This document shows positions 44,480 through 54,128 of a stretch of DNA of 64,000 bases, piece after piece. Below the pieces are notes generated by a model. It was not told where the DNA came from. It ran no database searches and was given only the letters and a program-made list of their open reading frames with translations. Source of the stretch: Clostridia bacterium (lineage in GTDB: Bacteria; Bacillota; Clostridia; Oscillospirales; Acutalibacteraceae); the NCBI GenBank assembly GCA_017398425.1, contig JAFQFZ010000039.1:5006-69005 (forward strand). Direction: 5' to 3'. The position numbers and the translations under genes were made by a program. Every line of letters begins with the position of its first letter. The stretch's first letter is position 1.

Positions 44480-46390
44480 ATGAAAAAGGTTCGAAAATCG
44501 AAGCGCGTGCTTTCGCTGGTGCTTAGTGCCGTTCTGCTGATGGGCGGCGTTGTCTTTGAGGGCGCTTCGACGGCGATGGCGGCGAGTGAATTCGATTATA
44601 CGTTCAATACCGGTGATGCGCGTGCCGTTTTGATGAGTGTGTTGACGGGACAGGAAGCCGACACAAAGCTCGGTTCCCTGAGCGATCGCAACACGGACAA
44701 TCGTATCAATACGACCGATGTGCGCATGATGCTCAACGAGATCATCGCCGGCACCAATACGGTCACGTTGGTCAACAATGCGTTCCGCCTTTCGACCATC
44801 TCCGATGTGACCGATTCGTCGGCAACGCGCACCTATACGGTGTATGCCCCTTACACCGACACCTACACGCTCAAGTGCAGTAATGCCTCGTCCATCACGA
44901 TCTACCGCGGCGATACGCTGGTTGCTTCGGGTACGACGACGGTGAATGCTTCGTTGACGGAAGGCACCGGTTACAAGCTGACGGTGAAGACGAGGACCGC
45001 GAACGCGTCGTTTGAGATGAGCTGTGTCGCGAACAACCACCAGGTCACCCTGCCCTACGATGTGGCAAAACCTGCCGACATCAGCGGCATTTCGCTCGAT
45101 AACAGCGGCGGCTACACCATTGCTTCGTCGGATCTGAACTATCAAAAGCGTGAGGGCGGCACCTACATCTATTGCAACAATCCCGAACAGATCATGTCCA
45201 CCTCCGTCGGCAAGGCGTTTATGCGAGATAAGGGCTTGACGGGCGATGTCTTTATGACCTTCGAGCACACGAATTTCTCGAATCAGTCGGTGTATTTCGG
45301 CTATCAGGTCTTGAACGAGACCGACCACGACGTGTATGTCACCGTCACCAATGTCGGCTACCAGACGAGCGGCTCATGGTACGGTCAAAAGGCGTGGTAC
45401 GATTTCTACAACACGTCCTTTGATCTCATCCCCGAAAATACCTACGACAACGCAGATTACCTTTTTGAATCCTACACGCCCCGCGTGTTCCAGCCGATCA
45501 CCTATCGTTTGCCCGCAGGTCAATATTTCTATGTGGTCGGCGGCACGTCGAGCGATGCCTACCGCAACATCAACGTGGACGGCACCGCCAACAAGTACGT
45601 CTACAACAGCGGTTGCGCCAACGCGGCGGTGAAGTTCAGCGTCACCGGCGGCGAAGTGACCGGCACGATGTATTGCTATCGCCGTACCTCGCAGGTGGCG
45701 GCGAAGCCCGCCGAGATGGGCTACCGTTGCGATACCAACACCAGAACGGGCGAGAGCTACGGTCTGCAGTATCAAGGTACTGCCGATCATCACGGTGTCA
45801 TCGACAGCTACCTGAGCTGGACGTTCAACGATTCCATCGGTGGCGGTATGTTGCCCGTCAGCTACACGACGTCCTATGCGTCGCCTGCGAACATTCAAGC
45901 AACGGGTGCCTACGGTCTCTATGACAACAAGGATCACACCTATTCGCGCCGCTTTGACTGGCAGACCCACATCAATCAACAGGATGTCAACACCGCCGTC
46001 GGCACGGACTTGGTCGGTTTCCGTTGTCGTGATGCCAACGGTGTGGAACGCCTGGTCGATTCCTACCACGCCGACGGCACAGGCAACTTCGGTAACTTCG
46101 GCAACTGGATGATCGAATATCAGGAACACTTCTCCTTCGTCAACCAAGGCAATAAAACGCGCACCATCACCTTGAATTACATGGACAACGGTGCCATGTT
46201 GATGATGCCGCGTGACAGCCAAACAGGCGAAGTGCTGGAAGCGAAGCTCCCCGTCGGTGGAAGCCAAACGGGCTACAACTACAGCTACTCGATCACCATC
46301 CCGCCGCACAGCTCCAAGCAGATCACCATGACGTATCTGCTGTTGCCGATGTCGGCGGGCACCGTCACCCACAGTGCGGTCATTGCGTAA
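44480..46390 (+). CDS. Secreted protein with an N-terminal dockerin-like module and a ~480-aa uncharacterised C-terminal domain
   Basis: ATG after GGAGG. Signal peptide ...GASTAMA. Dockerin-like GDARAVLMSVL / DRNTDNRINTTDVRMMLNEII directly after the signal peptide. I do not recognise the remainder. Confidence 0.7.
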   Translation: MKKVRKSKRVLSLVLSAVLLMGGVVFEGASTAMAASEFDYTFNTGDARAVLMSVLTGQEADTKLGSLSDRNTDNRINTTDVRMMLNEIIAGTNTVTLVNNAFRLSTISDVTDSSATRTYTVYAPYTDTYTLKCSNASSITIYRGDTLVASGTTTVNASLTEGTGYKLTVKTRTANASFEMSCVANNHQVTLPYDVAKPADISGISLDNSGGYTIASSDLNYQKREGGTYIYCNNPEQIMSTSVGKAFMRDKGLTGDVFMTFEHTNFSNQSVYFGYQVLNETDHDVYVTVTNVGYQTSGSWYGQKAWYDFYNTSFDLIPENTYDNADYLFESYTPRVFQPITYRLPAGQYFYVVGGTSSDAYRNINVDGTANKYVYNSGCANAAVKFSVTGGEVTGTMYCYRRTSQVAAKPAEMGYRCDTNTRTGESYGLQYQGTADHHGVIDSYLSWTFNDSIGGGMLPVSYTTSYASPANIQATGAYGLYDNKDHTYSRRFDWQTHINQQDVNTAVGTDLVGFRCRDANGVERLVDSYHADGTGNFGNFGNWMIEYQEHFSFVNQGNKTRTITLNYMDNGAMLMMPRDSQTGEVLEAKLPVGGSQTGYNYSYSITIPPHSSKQITMTYLLLPMSAGTVTHSAVIA

Positions 46391-46410
46391 GTTCACAATC
46401 GTATAAACAC

Positions 46411-46443
46411 AGCGCGGTGCAGAAACTCTGCACCGCGCTTTTT
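46411..46443 (+). terminator. Terminator
   Basis: agcgcggtgcag-aaact-ctgcaccgcgct followed by tttt. Confidence 0.85.
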
Positions 46444-46450
46444 GTATAAC

Positions 46451-46489
46451 AAAAAGATATCCCCCGTTCCGTTCGGAACAGGGGATATC
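46451..46489 (-). terminator. Terminator after gdhA
   Basis: gatatccccc-gttccgttcggaac-aggggatatc, followed on the minus strand by ttttt. Confidence 0.8.
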
Positions 46490-46502
46490 CGTGTGTTTAA
46501 AA

Positions 46503-47852
46503 TTACACCACGCCTTGCGCAAGCATCGCTTCCGCGACCTTCTCGAAGCCGGCGATGTTGGCACCGGCGATGAGATCGCCTTCCATGCCGTACTTCTTCG
46601 CCGCCGCCACGGAGGACTCGAAGATGTCCTTCATGATCTGCTTGAGCTTCGCGTCGACTTCTTCCGCCGTCCAGCTGTAACGCATGGAGTTCTGCGACAT
46701 CTCGAGACCCGAGACCGCCACGCCGCCGGCGTTGACCGCCTTGGAGGGAGCCACGACCACGCCGTTCTCCTTGAAGTACGCCACGGCGTCCGCGGTGGTG
46801 GGCATGTTGGAAACCTCAACGTAGTACTTGATGCCGTTGGCAACGATCTTCTTCGCGTCCTCAAGCACGACCTCGTTCTGGGTCGCGCAGGGCATCACAA
46901 CGTCGACCTTCACGCCCCACGGCTTCTCGCCGGGGAAGAAGGGAACGCCGAACTTGTCGGCATACGCCTTGACTTCGTTCTTGCCGGAAGCGCGCATCTC
47001 GAGCATGAAGTTGATCTTCTCCTCGGTGGTAACGCCTTCCTCGTCGTAGATGTAGCCGTCGAGGCTCGAAAGCGTGACGACCTTACCTCCGAGCTGAGCA
47101 ACCTTCAGCGCGGTACCCCAAGCCACGTTGCCGAAGCCGGAGATCGCAACCGTCTTGCCCTTGATGTCTTCGCCCATGGACTTGAGCATCTCGACGGTGT
47201 AGTACACCGCACCGAAGCCCGTCGCTTCCGGACGGATGAGCGAGCCGCCGTAGGGGCGACCCTTACCGGTCAGAACGCCCGTGAACTCGTTGCGCAGGCG
47301 CTTGTACTGACCGTACATATAGCCGACCTCACGCGCGCCGACGCCGATGTCACCGGCAGGCACGTCGGTGTCCGCGCCGATGTGGCGCTGGAGCTCGGTC
47401 ATGAAGCTCTGGCAGAAACGCATGACTTCGCCGTCGCTCTTGCCGGCGGGATCGAAGTCGGAACCGCCCTTACCGCCGCCCATGGGGAGGGTGGTCAGGC
47501 TGTTCTTGAAGGTCTGCTCAAAGCCGAGGAACTTGATGATGGACGCGTTGACCGTCTTGTTGAAACGGATGCCGCCCTTGTAGGGACCGATGGCGGAGTT
47601 GAACTGCACGCGATAGCCGCGGTTCACCTGCACCTTGCCGTTGTCGTCGACCCACGGCACGCGGAAGAAGATCTGGCGCTCCGGCTCGACCATGCGCTCG
47701 ATGATGCCGGCTTCCTGATACTTCGGGTTTTGCTCGATGACGGGCTCGAGAGACTCGAGAACCTCGTAGACGGCCTGTTGGAACTCAGGCTCGTTCGGGT
47801 TGCGCGCCTCGACATCGGCGTACACTTTCTTCAAATACTCATTGTTGATCAT
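46503..47852 (-). CDS. gdhA: NADP-specific glutamate dehydrogenase
   Basis: Start at MINNEYLKKVYADVEARNPNEPEFQQAV after AAGGAGG. Active-site block LPMGGGKGGSDFDP. Confidence 0.95.
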   Translation of the reverse strand: MINNEYLKKVYADVEARNPNEPEFQQAVYEVLESLEPVIEQNPKYQEAGIIERMVEPERQIFFRVPWVDDNGKVQVNRGYRVQFNSAIGPYKGGIRFNKTVNASIIKFLGFEQTFKNSLTTLPMGGGKGGSDFDPAGKSDGEVMRFCQSFMTELQRHIGADTDVPAGDIGVGAREVGYMYGQYKRLRNEFTGVLTGKGRPYGGSLIRPEATGFGAVYYTVEMLKSMGEDIKGKTVAISGFGNVAWGTALKVAQLGGKVVTLSSLDGYIYDEEGVTTEEKINFMLEMRASGKNEVKAYADKFGVPFFPGEKPWGVKVDVVMPCATQNEVVLEDAKKIVANGIKYYVEVSNMPTTADAVAYFKENGVVVAPSKAVNAGGVAVSGLEMSQNSMRYSWTAEEVDAKLKQIMKDIFESSVAAAKKYGMEGDLIAGANIAGFEKVAEAMLAQGVV

Positions 47853-47938
47853 GAAAACTGCCTCCTTACAGCGGAATTCCTGAGAATGGGTCAACCTTGC
47901 ACCTGCAAAATTGACGCGTTGCATTCGCAACAAAATCA

Positions 47939-47967
47939 ATTATAGCCCCTTTTTTTGCGTTTGGCAA
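47939..47967 (-). promoter_or_regulatory. Promoter of gdhA
   Basis: The minus strand reads TTGCCA, 17 nt, TATAAT. Confidence 0.6.
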
Positions 47968-48021
47968 GCGTTTTTTGCAAGTTTTTGGTTCAAAAAATGC
48001 AAAAAATTTTTAAAAACCGTA

Positions 48022-48050
48022 ATGACTTTTTTGTCTTTTTGTTGTATAAT
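48022..48050 (+). promoter_or_regulatory. Possible promoter of the 48088 gene
   Basis: ATGACT, 17 nt, TATAAT. Confidence 0.45.
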
Positions 48051-48087
48051 GGGCGTAGAGATACTATCAACAGCGGAGGTGTTTGGG

Positions 48088-48858
48088 ATGAAAAAATGGA
48101 TTTGCTTGATTTTGAGCTTTACACTGACCTTAACGATGGCAGTGATTCCGATGACAGCGTTTTCCGCATCGCACATCGTTTCGACCGAAAATCCCGCGTT
48201 TACCTATGAGATCCTTGAGGACGAAACGATTCGCATTCGCGGCGTTAACTCCCGAATGGTGCAGTCGTATCCTTTGGTGATCCCCGAAACGCTTGACGGT
48301 TACACCGTGACGATGGTCGGCGGTTTTGACCTTCCGAAACCGGGCGGACTCGTGTTGCCGAAGACGGTGAAGCATCTGTATGAATGGTCTTTCGAGGGAT
48401 TGTATGTCGGAGAGCTCTATCTCCCTGAGGGATTGGAAACGATCTCTTATCACATTTACGATGAAGGAGACAACATTGTCATCCCGCGATCCGTCACCTC
48501 CATCGAGATGCGTGCGTTCGGATGGGGTGGCACACCAACCACCCTTGCGGGGCAACCCCTGCCGCCCGGCACCATCACGCATACACCGGGATTTACCGTG
48601 TATTCCGACGGCAATGAGGTGGCGCGCGCCTATGCGGAGTCGGAGGGGCACGACTATGTAGATCTGAGCACCTTTGCGCGAGGCGATATGGATTTGAACG
48701 CAACAACGAATACGATGGATGCCTTGACGGTGTTGTCGATCGCGAGCGGCGATCAATACGGCACGGCGGTACACCGTGTGATGGCGGACGTCGACCGCAA
48801 CGATACCATCAATATGATGGACGCGCTTTTGGTGTATCGAGAGGCCTCCGGTGAATAA
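48088..48858 (+). CDS. Secreted BspA-type leucine-rich-repeat protein with C-terminal dockerin
   Basis: ATG after GGAGG. Signal peptide MKKWICLILSFTLTLTMAVIPMTAFSA. LRR_5-like IPETLDGYTVTMVGG..LPKTVKHLYEWSFEG..LPEGLETIS..IPRSVTSIEMRAF. Dockerin GDMDLNATTNTMDALTVL / DVDRNDTINMMDALLVY. Confidence 0.7.
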   Translation: MKKWICLILSFTLTLTMAVIPMTAFSASHIVSTENPAFTYEILEDETIRIRGVNSRMVQSYPLVIPETLDGYTVTMVGGFDLPKPGGLVLPKTVKHLYEWSFEGLYVGELYLPEGLETISYHIYDEGDNIVIPRSVTSIEMRAFGWGGTPTTLAGQPLPPGTITHTPGFTVYSDGNEVARAYAESEGHDYVDLSTFARGDMDLNATTNTMDALTVLSIASGDQYGTAVHRVMADVDRNDTINMMDALLVYREASGE

Positions 48859-48870
48859 AAACAAAGGGGA

Positions 48871-48898
48871 AGCGACCACGTTTTGTGGTCGCTTTTTT
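48871..48898 (+). terminator. Terminator
   Basis: agcgaccac-gtttt-gtggtcgct followed by ttttt. Confidence 0.8.
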
Positions 48899-48899
48899 G

Positions 48900-48928
48900 T
48901 TGCATTTTTATGATGGGAATGGTATAAT
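48900..48928 (+). promoter_or_regulatory. Promoter of the pyrC operon (extended -10)
   Basis: TTGCAT, 17 nt ending in TGg, then TATAAT. Confidence 0.6.
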
Positions 48929-48960
48929 ACATCTATATGCGACCTCACGGAGGGATATGG

Positions 48961-50250
48961 ATGGCAAAACGACTTTTGAAAGGGGCGCGCGTGATCGATC
49001 CGTCGGTCGGATTCGATGCGATCGCCGATCTGTTGTACGACGAAGACCGCGGTGTGATTCTGGCTCTGGAGCGCGAGATCGCGCCGACGGAGGACACCGT
49101 CGTGACCGACGTGAGCGGTCTGGTGGCGGCACCGGGTCTTGTGGACTTGCATGTGCATCTGCGCGATCCCGGTCAAACTCATAAAGAAGATGTGTTCAGC
49201 GGTTGTGCGGCGGCGGCAGCGGGCGGCGTGACTTCGGTGTTCGCGATGCCCAATACGACCCCCGCACTCGACTCGCCCGAGGTGATCGAAGCGCTCCTCG
49301 AAAAGGCGAAGACCGCGACGGCGCGTGTGTATCCCGTGGGTGCCGTGACCAAAGGACTCAAAGGCGAAGAGATGACCGATTTCGCATCACTCAAAGCGGC
49401 GGGCGCGGCGGCGTTTTCCGACGACGGGCGCCCGGTTCTGACGGCGGATTTCACGCAAAAGGCGCTGGAAAACGCCAAGGCAGTCGGTCTGACCTATATG
49501 GCACACTGCGAGGAATTGACGCTCGTGCGCGGCGGTTTGATGAATGAAGGCGACGTGTCGCGCGAAATCGGCGTACCCGGTGTGACGCGTGCCGCCGAGG
49601 AAGTCGGCACTGCGCGTGAGATCGCGTTGGCGGCGCAGACGGGTTGCCCCGTGCACATTTGCCATGTGTCCACCCGAGGGGCGGTGAACATGATCCGCGC
49701 CGCGCAAAAGGACGGTGTCAAGGTGACGGGCGAAACCGCCCCGCACTACATCGCCCTGACCGATGAAGCATTGCGTGCAAAGGACGCGGACTACCGCATG
49801 AGTCCGCCGCTTCGCACGGCGGACGACCAAGCGGCGCTCATCGAAGCGTTGCAGGACGGCACGCTCTCGTCGATCGCGACCGACCATGCACCGCACTCGC
49901 CCGAAGAAAAGGCGGACTTTTCCAAAGCGCCCAACGGCTCGATCGGCATGGAAACGTCGCTCGCGGCGAGCCTTACCTATCTCGTGCACAGCGGCAAGCT
50001 GACGCTTCCCGCGCTCATCGCCTTGATGTCGACGAATCCTGCGAAGATCGCCGGCATTCCTGCCGGCACGTTGCAGGCGGGCGCGGCGGCGGACGTCGTG
50101 CTGTTTGATCCCGACGAGGAGTGGACGGTCGATGTCGAACGTCTGCACGGACGCTCCAAAAACTGTCCGTTCAAGGGCATGACCCTGAAAGGACGCGTAA
50201 AAATGACGATTTGCGGCGGTCGTGTGGTTTACGACGCCGCTGAAAGATAA
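48961..50250 (+). CDS. pyrC: Dihydroorotase
   Basis: ATG 6 nt after GGAGGG. Metal-binding DLHVHLRDPG. Also ...SIATDHAPH. Confidence 0.92.
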   Translation: MAKRLLKGARVIDPSVGFDAIADLLYDEDRGVILALEREIAPTEDTVVTDVSGLVAAPGLVDLHVHLRDPGQTHKEDVFSGCAAAAAGGVTSVFAMPNTTPALDSPEVIEALLEKAKTATARVYPVGAVTKGLKGEEMTDFASLKAAGAAAFSDDGRPVLTADFTQKALENAKAVGLTYMAHCEELTLVRGGLMNEGDVSREIGVPGVTRAAEEVGTAREIALAAQTGCPVHICHVSTRGAVNMIRAAQKDGVKVTGETAPHYIALTDEALRAKDADYRMSPPLRTADDQAALIEALQDGTLSSIATDHAPHSPEEKADFSKAPNGSIGMETSLAASLTYLVHSGKLTLPALIALMSTNPAKIAGIPAGTLQAGAAADVVLFDPDEEWTVDVERLHGRSKNCPFKGMTLKGRVKMTICGGRVVYDAAER

Positions 50251-50264
50251 GGAGGAACTGACAA

Positions 50265-51179
50265 ATGGGAATGAAACGACTGGTGGATGCGGTTCGCGCC
50301 AAGCAAAATCCGACGGTGGCGGGTCTCGACCCTCGCCTTGACTATCTGCCTGAATTTTTGAAAGAGAAAGCGTATGCCGAGTTCGGCAAAACGCTCGAAG
50401 GCGCGGCGGCGGCCGTGCTGGAATACAACAAAGCTCTCATCGACGCGATGTACGACATCGTCCCCGCGATCAAACCCCAAGCGGCGTACTATGAGCTGTA
50501 CGGCTGGGCGGGTGTGAAGACGCTGGCGGAAACCATCGCCTATGCACGCGACAAGGATATGTACGTCATCACCGATGGTAAGCGCAACGACATCGGCACC
50601 ACGATGGAAGCCTACGCGGCGGCGCACCTCGGTTTGGTGGATGTGGACGGCGAGCAGTATGCGCCGTTTGACGGCGACGCGCTGACCGTCAACGGTTACC
50701 TCGGCGCGGACGGCATCAAGCCGCTCCTCTCCATCTGCAAGGAGCGCGATCGCGGCATCTTCGTGCTGTGCAAGACTTCGAACCCCTCGTCGGGTGAACT
50801 GCAAGACCGTCTGCTCGACGGCGAAGCGCTCTACGCGCGCATGGGCGACCTGTGCGAAGCGTGGGGTGCCGATACCATCGACGAAAGCGGCTATTCGGCG
50901 GTCGGCGCGGTGGTGGGTGCGACCTATCCCGCTCAGCTTGCCGAGCTCCGCGCTCGCTTGCCGCACACCTATTTCCTCGTGCCCGGCTACGGTGCGCAGG
51001 GCGGCGGCGCGGCGGATGTCGCTCCTGCGTTTGACAAGGACGGCATGGGCGCAATCGTCAACTCCTCGCGCGGCATTTTGTGCGCGTGGAAGAAAGAAGG
51101 TTGCGACCCGGCGGACTTTGCCGGTGCGGCGCGCCGCGAAGCGATCCGTATGAAAGCGGATCTGACCTCCGTTTGGTAA
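50265..51179 (+). CDS. pyrF: Orotidine-5'-phosphate decarboxylase (long, type 2)
   Basis: RBS AAGGAGG. VAGLDPRLDYLP, ...DGKRNDIGTT and ...LVPGYGAQGG. Confidence 0.9.
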   Translation: MGMKRLVDAVRAKQNPTVAGLDPRLDYLPEFLKEKAYAEFGKTLEGAAAAVLEYNKALIDAMYDIVPAIKPQAAYYELYGWAGVKTLAETIAYARDKDMYVITDGKRNDIGTTMEAYAAAHLGLVDVDGEQYAPFDGDALTVNGYLGADGIKPLLSICKERDRGIFVLCKTSNPSSGELQDRLLDGEALYARMGDLCEAWGADTIDESGYSAVGAVVGATYPAQLAELRARLPHTYFLVPGYGAQGGGAADVAPAFDKDGMGAIVNSSRGILCAWKKEGCDPADFAGAARREAIRMKADLTSVW

Positions 51180-51196
51180 CGGACAAGGAGACGGGT

Positions 51197-52402
51197 ATGA
51201 AACGTTCGATTCGTTGGATCGTCTGCTTTTTGACGATGATGATGACCGTCGGTGTGCTCCCGATGTCGGCGGCGCCGGCCGTTTCGACGGTGGATCTGGC
51301 ATCGGCGGCAGAGAATGTCAAACTCCTTGGACGCACGACGGTGAGTGAAAAGGGCATCGAGCCGCATTCGACGGGTGCCGGCATTGCGTTTTATGCGGAA
51401 TGCGGTGGCGACATCACGCTGACGATGACCGGAAAACCCACCAAATTCAGCTCGCTGTACTTGGCGGTGTTCGTCGACGGCGAACAGCACCGCGTGGAAT
51501 TTCCGTGCGAGCTCAATCGCCGCTCCACCGAAGAGTTGGTGATCGCGACGGATCTCGAACCGGGCAAGCACACGATCGAGATCGTGCGCGAGACCGAAGA
51601 AAACTATGGCACCTACCTCTGGGAGTCGATCTCACTCGACGGAGTGATCTCGCCGATGGAGGAGCGCCCCTTGCTGATCGAATTTGTCGGAGACTCTCTT
51701 ACGGCGGGTTACGCTTCGTACCCCGAAACGGAGGATCGCCAAGGGCTGTCCGTCGAACACCCCGCCTATGAAGCGGGCGTGAAAACGTACGCCTACCTGA
51801 CTGCCGAAGCGCTTCATGCCGATTTTCAATCGGTGTGCGCCAGCGGTTACGGTGTTGTGCGCGGCTATAACAACGACGGCGTGACCGTCCCCGAACTGTA
51901 TGAATACGCCGGCTACTACCACAATAAGAGCGACGACGGCAAGTGGTCGTTTGCGCGGCAAGCGGACGTGGTGGTCATCAACCTCGGCTCCAACGACGCG
52001 GCACGCGGCGTTTCCGAGGACGAGATGCGTGACGGCGCGAAAGCGTTTTTGCAGTCGGTGCGTGAGCACAATCCCGAAGCGTCTGTTGTGTGGATGACGG
52101 GCAAGTCGAGTGCAAAGTATGACGACGTGCTCAGCGCCGTCGTGGAGGAACTCGGCGGGGCAGAGGAGAAGTTCCATTTTGTCAACCTTCCCGAAGGCTC
52201 GAGCGGCGGCGCGGGTCACCCGAATCTTGATGAACACGCCGAAACAGCCGATGCCTTGACGCAGTTCCTGCAGGAATCGGTGATCCCTGCACCCGCTGAA
52301 GACGGAACCCTCGGCACCGTGTTGTGGGTTTGCGGTGCGGTGCTTCTCGCGGTGATCGTCGCGGTGGCGTTTTTCGTTTGGAAGAAAAAGGCGGCGGGTT
52401 GA
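51197..52402 (+). CDS. SGNH/GDSL hydrolase (CE2-like: N-terminal beta-sandwich + esterase) with signal peptide and C-terminal TM anchor
   Basis: ATG after AAGGAG. Block I IEFVGDSLTAGY, block III VVINLGSNDA and block V GHPN. C-terminal VLWVCGAVLLAVIVAVAFFVWKKK. Confidence 0.8.
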   Translation: MKRSIRWIVCFLTMMMTVGVLPMSAAPAVSTVDLASAAENVKLLGRTTVSEKGIEPHSTGAGIAFYAECGGDITLTMTGKPTKFSSLYLAVFVDGEQHRVEFPCELNRRSTEELVIATDLEPGKHTIEIVRETEENYGTYLWESISLDGVISPMEERPLLIEFVGDSLTAGYASYPETEDRQGLSVEHPAYEAGVKTYAYLTAEALHADFQSVCASGYGVVRGYNNDGVTVPELYEYAGYYHNKSDDGKWSFARQADVVVINLGSNDAARGVSEDEMRDGAKAFLQSVREHNPEASVVWMTGKSSAKYDDVLSAVVEELGGAEEKFHFVNLPEGSSGGAGHPNLDEHAETADALTQFLQESVIPAPAEDGTLGTVLWVCGAVLLAVIVAVAFFVWKKKAAG

Positions 52403-52439
52403 CCCGCCGCGGATATCATAGTAGGAGGAATGTTCCGAT

Positions 52440-53216
52440 ATGCGTTATGTACAAGAGCAATGTACTCTGATTTACAAAGAGGAGATCGCCAAGGGTGTGT
52501 TCTCCTTCACCCTGAAAGCGCCGCAGATCGCGTTGCGCGCGGAATGCGGACAATTTGTCAACGTGCTGTGCGACCCGTTCCAGTTGCGCCGTCCGATCTC
52601 CATCGGCGGTTTCGATGCCGATGCGGGCATCCTGCGTCTGGTGTTTGAGGTGCGCGGCAAAGGTACCGACTGGCTCGCATCCTTGGAAGACGGCGCGACG
52701 GTCGACCTGCTCGGCCCGCTCGGTCACGGCTTCCCCTTGATGGCATCAGACAAGAAAGCGGTCATGATCGGCGGCGGCATCGGCACGCCTCCGCTCCTTC
52801 CGCTGTGCCGTCGCTACGGCAAGAACGCCACGCTCATCAGCGGTTTCCGCACGGCGTCAGCGGTGATTTTGAAGGAGGATGCCGAGGCGTTCGGCGCACG
52901 CAACGTGGTGTGCACCGACGACGGCACGAGCGGCTTTGCAGGCTTCACGACGCAAGCGCTCGAAGAGGAACTCAAGAACGGCACGTTCGACGTGGTGTAC
53001 ACCTGCGGTCCGAAGATCATGATGAAAAAGGTCGCCGAACTTGCCAAGGCCTACGATATCCCGTGCTATGTCTCGATGGAAGAGCGCATGGCGTGCGGCG
53101 TAGGTGCGTGCCTCGGTTGCGCGTGCAAAACCAAGAAAGAGGACGGCTCGTCGGCGATGACGCGTGTGTGCATGAACGGTCCTGTGTTTGAAGCATCGGA
53201 GGTGGATTTCGAATGA
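52440..53216 (+). CDS. pyrK: Dihydroorotate dehydrogenase electron-transfer subunit
   Basis: RBS AGGAGG. FAD/NAD fold. C-terminal 2Fe-2S motif CGVGACLGCAC. Confidence 0.9.
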   Translation: MRYVQEQCTLIYKEEIAKGVFSFTLKAPQIALRAECGQFVNVLCDPFQLRRPISIGGFDADAGILRLVFEVRGKGTDWLASLEDGATVDLLGPLGHGFPLMASDKKAVMIGGGIGTPPLLPLCRRYGKNATLISGFRTASAVILKEDAEAFGARNVVCTDDGTSGFAGFTTQALEEELKNGTFDVVYTCGPKIMMKKVAELAKAYDIPCYVSMEERMACGVGACLGCACKTKKEDGSSAMTRVCMNGPVFEASEVDFE

Positions 53217-54124
53217 CGGATATGCGAGTATCGATCGCCGGCGTGGAGATGAAGAATCCCATCATCACCGCTTCGGGCGCGTTTGGCTACGGCATGGAAT
53301 ACAACGAGATGTACCCGATCGAAAAGCTCGGCGGCATCTCCTGCAAAGGCACGACCTTGAACGAGCGTCAAGGTAACCCCGGCCCGCGTATTGCGGAGAC
53401 CCCGTCGGGTATGCTCAACAGCGTCGGTCTGCAAAACCCCGGCAGCGAAGCGTTCATCAACATCTATCTGCCGTGGCTTCGCCAGCGCGACATCACCGTG
53501 ATCGCGAACATTGCCGGTCACAGCCTCGACGAATATCGCGAGGTCGCGCGTCGCGTGTCCGACGCGAACGTCGACCTGGTGGAGCTCAACATCTCCTGCC
53601 CCAACGTCAAAGAGGGCGGCATGAGCTTCGGCACGTCTTGCGAGAGCGTCGAAGCGGTCGTGTCCGAGGTACGCAAGGTGTGCAACCGCCCCTTGGTCGT
53701 CAAGCTGACCCCCAACGTCACGGACATCGGCTCCATCGCGCAAGCGGCTGAAGCCGCCGGTGCGGATGCCGTGTCGCTCATCAATACCATCACGGGCATG
53801 CGCATCGACATTCGCACGCGCCGCCCGATTCTCAAAAACAACATCGGCGGTCTGTCGGGTCCGGCGGTGTTCCCGGTGGCGGTGCGCATGGTGCGCGAGG
53901 TCTACAAAAAGGTCAACATCCCGATCATCGGCATGGGCGGCGTGTCCACGTGGGAAGATGCCGCCGAGATGATGATGGCGGGTGCCGCCGCGATCCAGGT
54001 CGGTGCCGCGCTGTTCCGCGATCCGTTTGCACCGCTCAAGATCATCGACGGTCTGCAGACGTTTGCCGATCAGCAAGGTCTCAAGTCCATCACCGAGCTG
54101 ACCGGTTCGGTGCAGGAGTGGTGA
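53213..54124 (+). CDS. pyrD: Dihydroorotate dehydrogenase B, catalytic subunit
   Basis: ATGA overlap with pyrK. NPIITASGAFGYG, ...ELNISCPNV and ...GGLSGPAVFPVA. Confidence 0.93.
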   Translation: MTDMRVSIAGVEMKNPIITASGAFGYGMEYNEMYPIEKLGGISCKGTTLNERQGNPGPRIAETPSGMLNSVGLQNPGSEAFINIYLPWLRQRDITVIANIAGHSLDEYREVARRVSDANVDLVELNISCPNVKEGGMSFGTSCESVEAVVSEVRKVCNRPLVVKLTPNVTDIGSIAQAAEAAGADAVSLINTITGMRIDIRTRRPILKNNIGGLSGPAVFPVAVRMVREVYKKVNIPIIGMGGVSTWEDAAEMMMAGAAAIQVGAALFRDPFAPLKIIDGLQTFADQQGLKSITELTGSVQEW

Positions 54125-54128
54125 ACCG

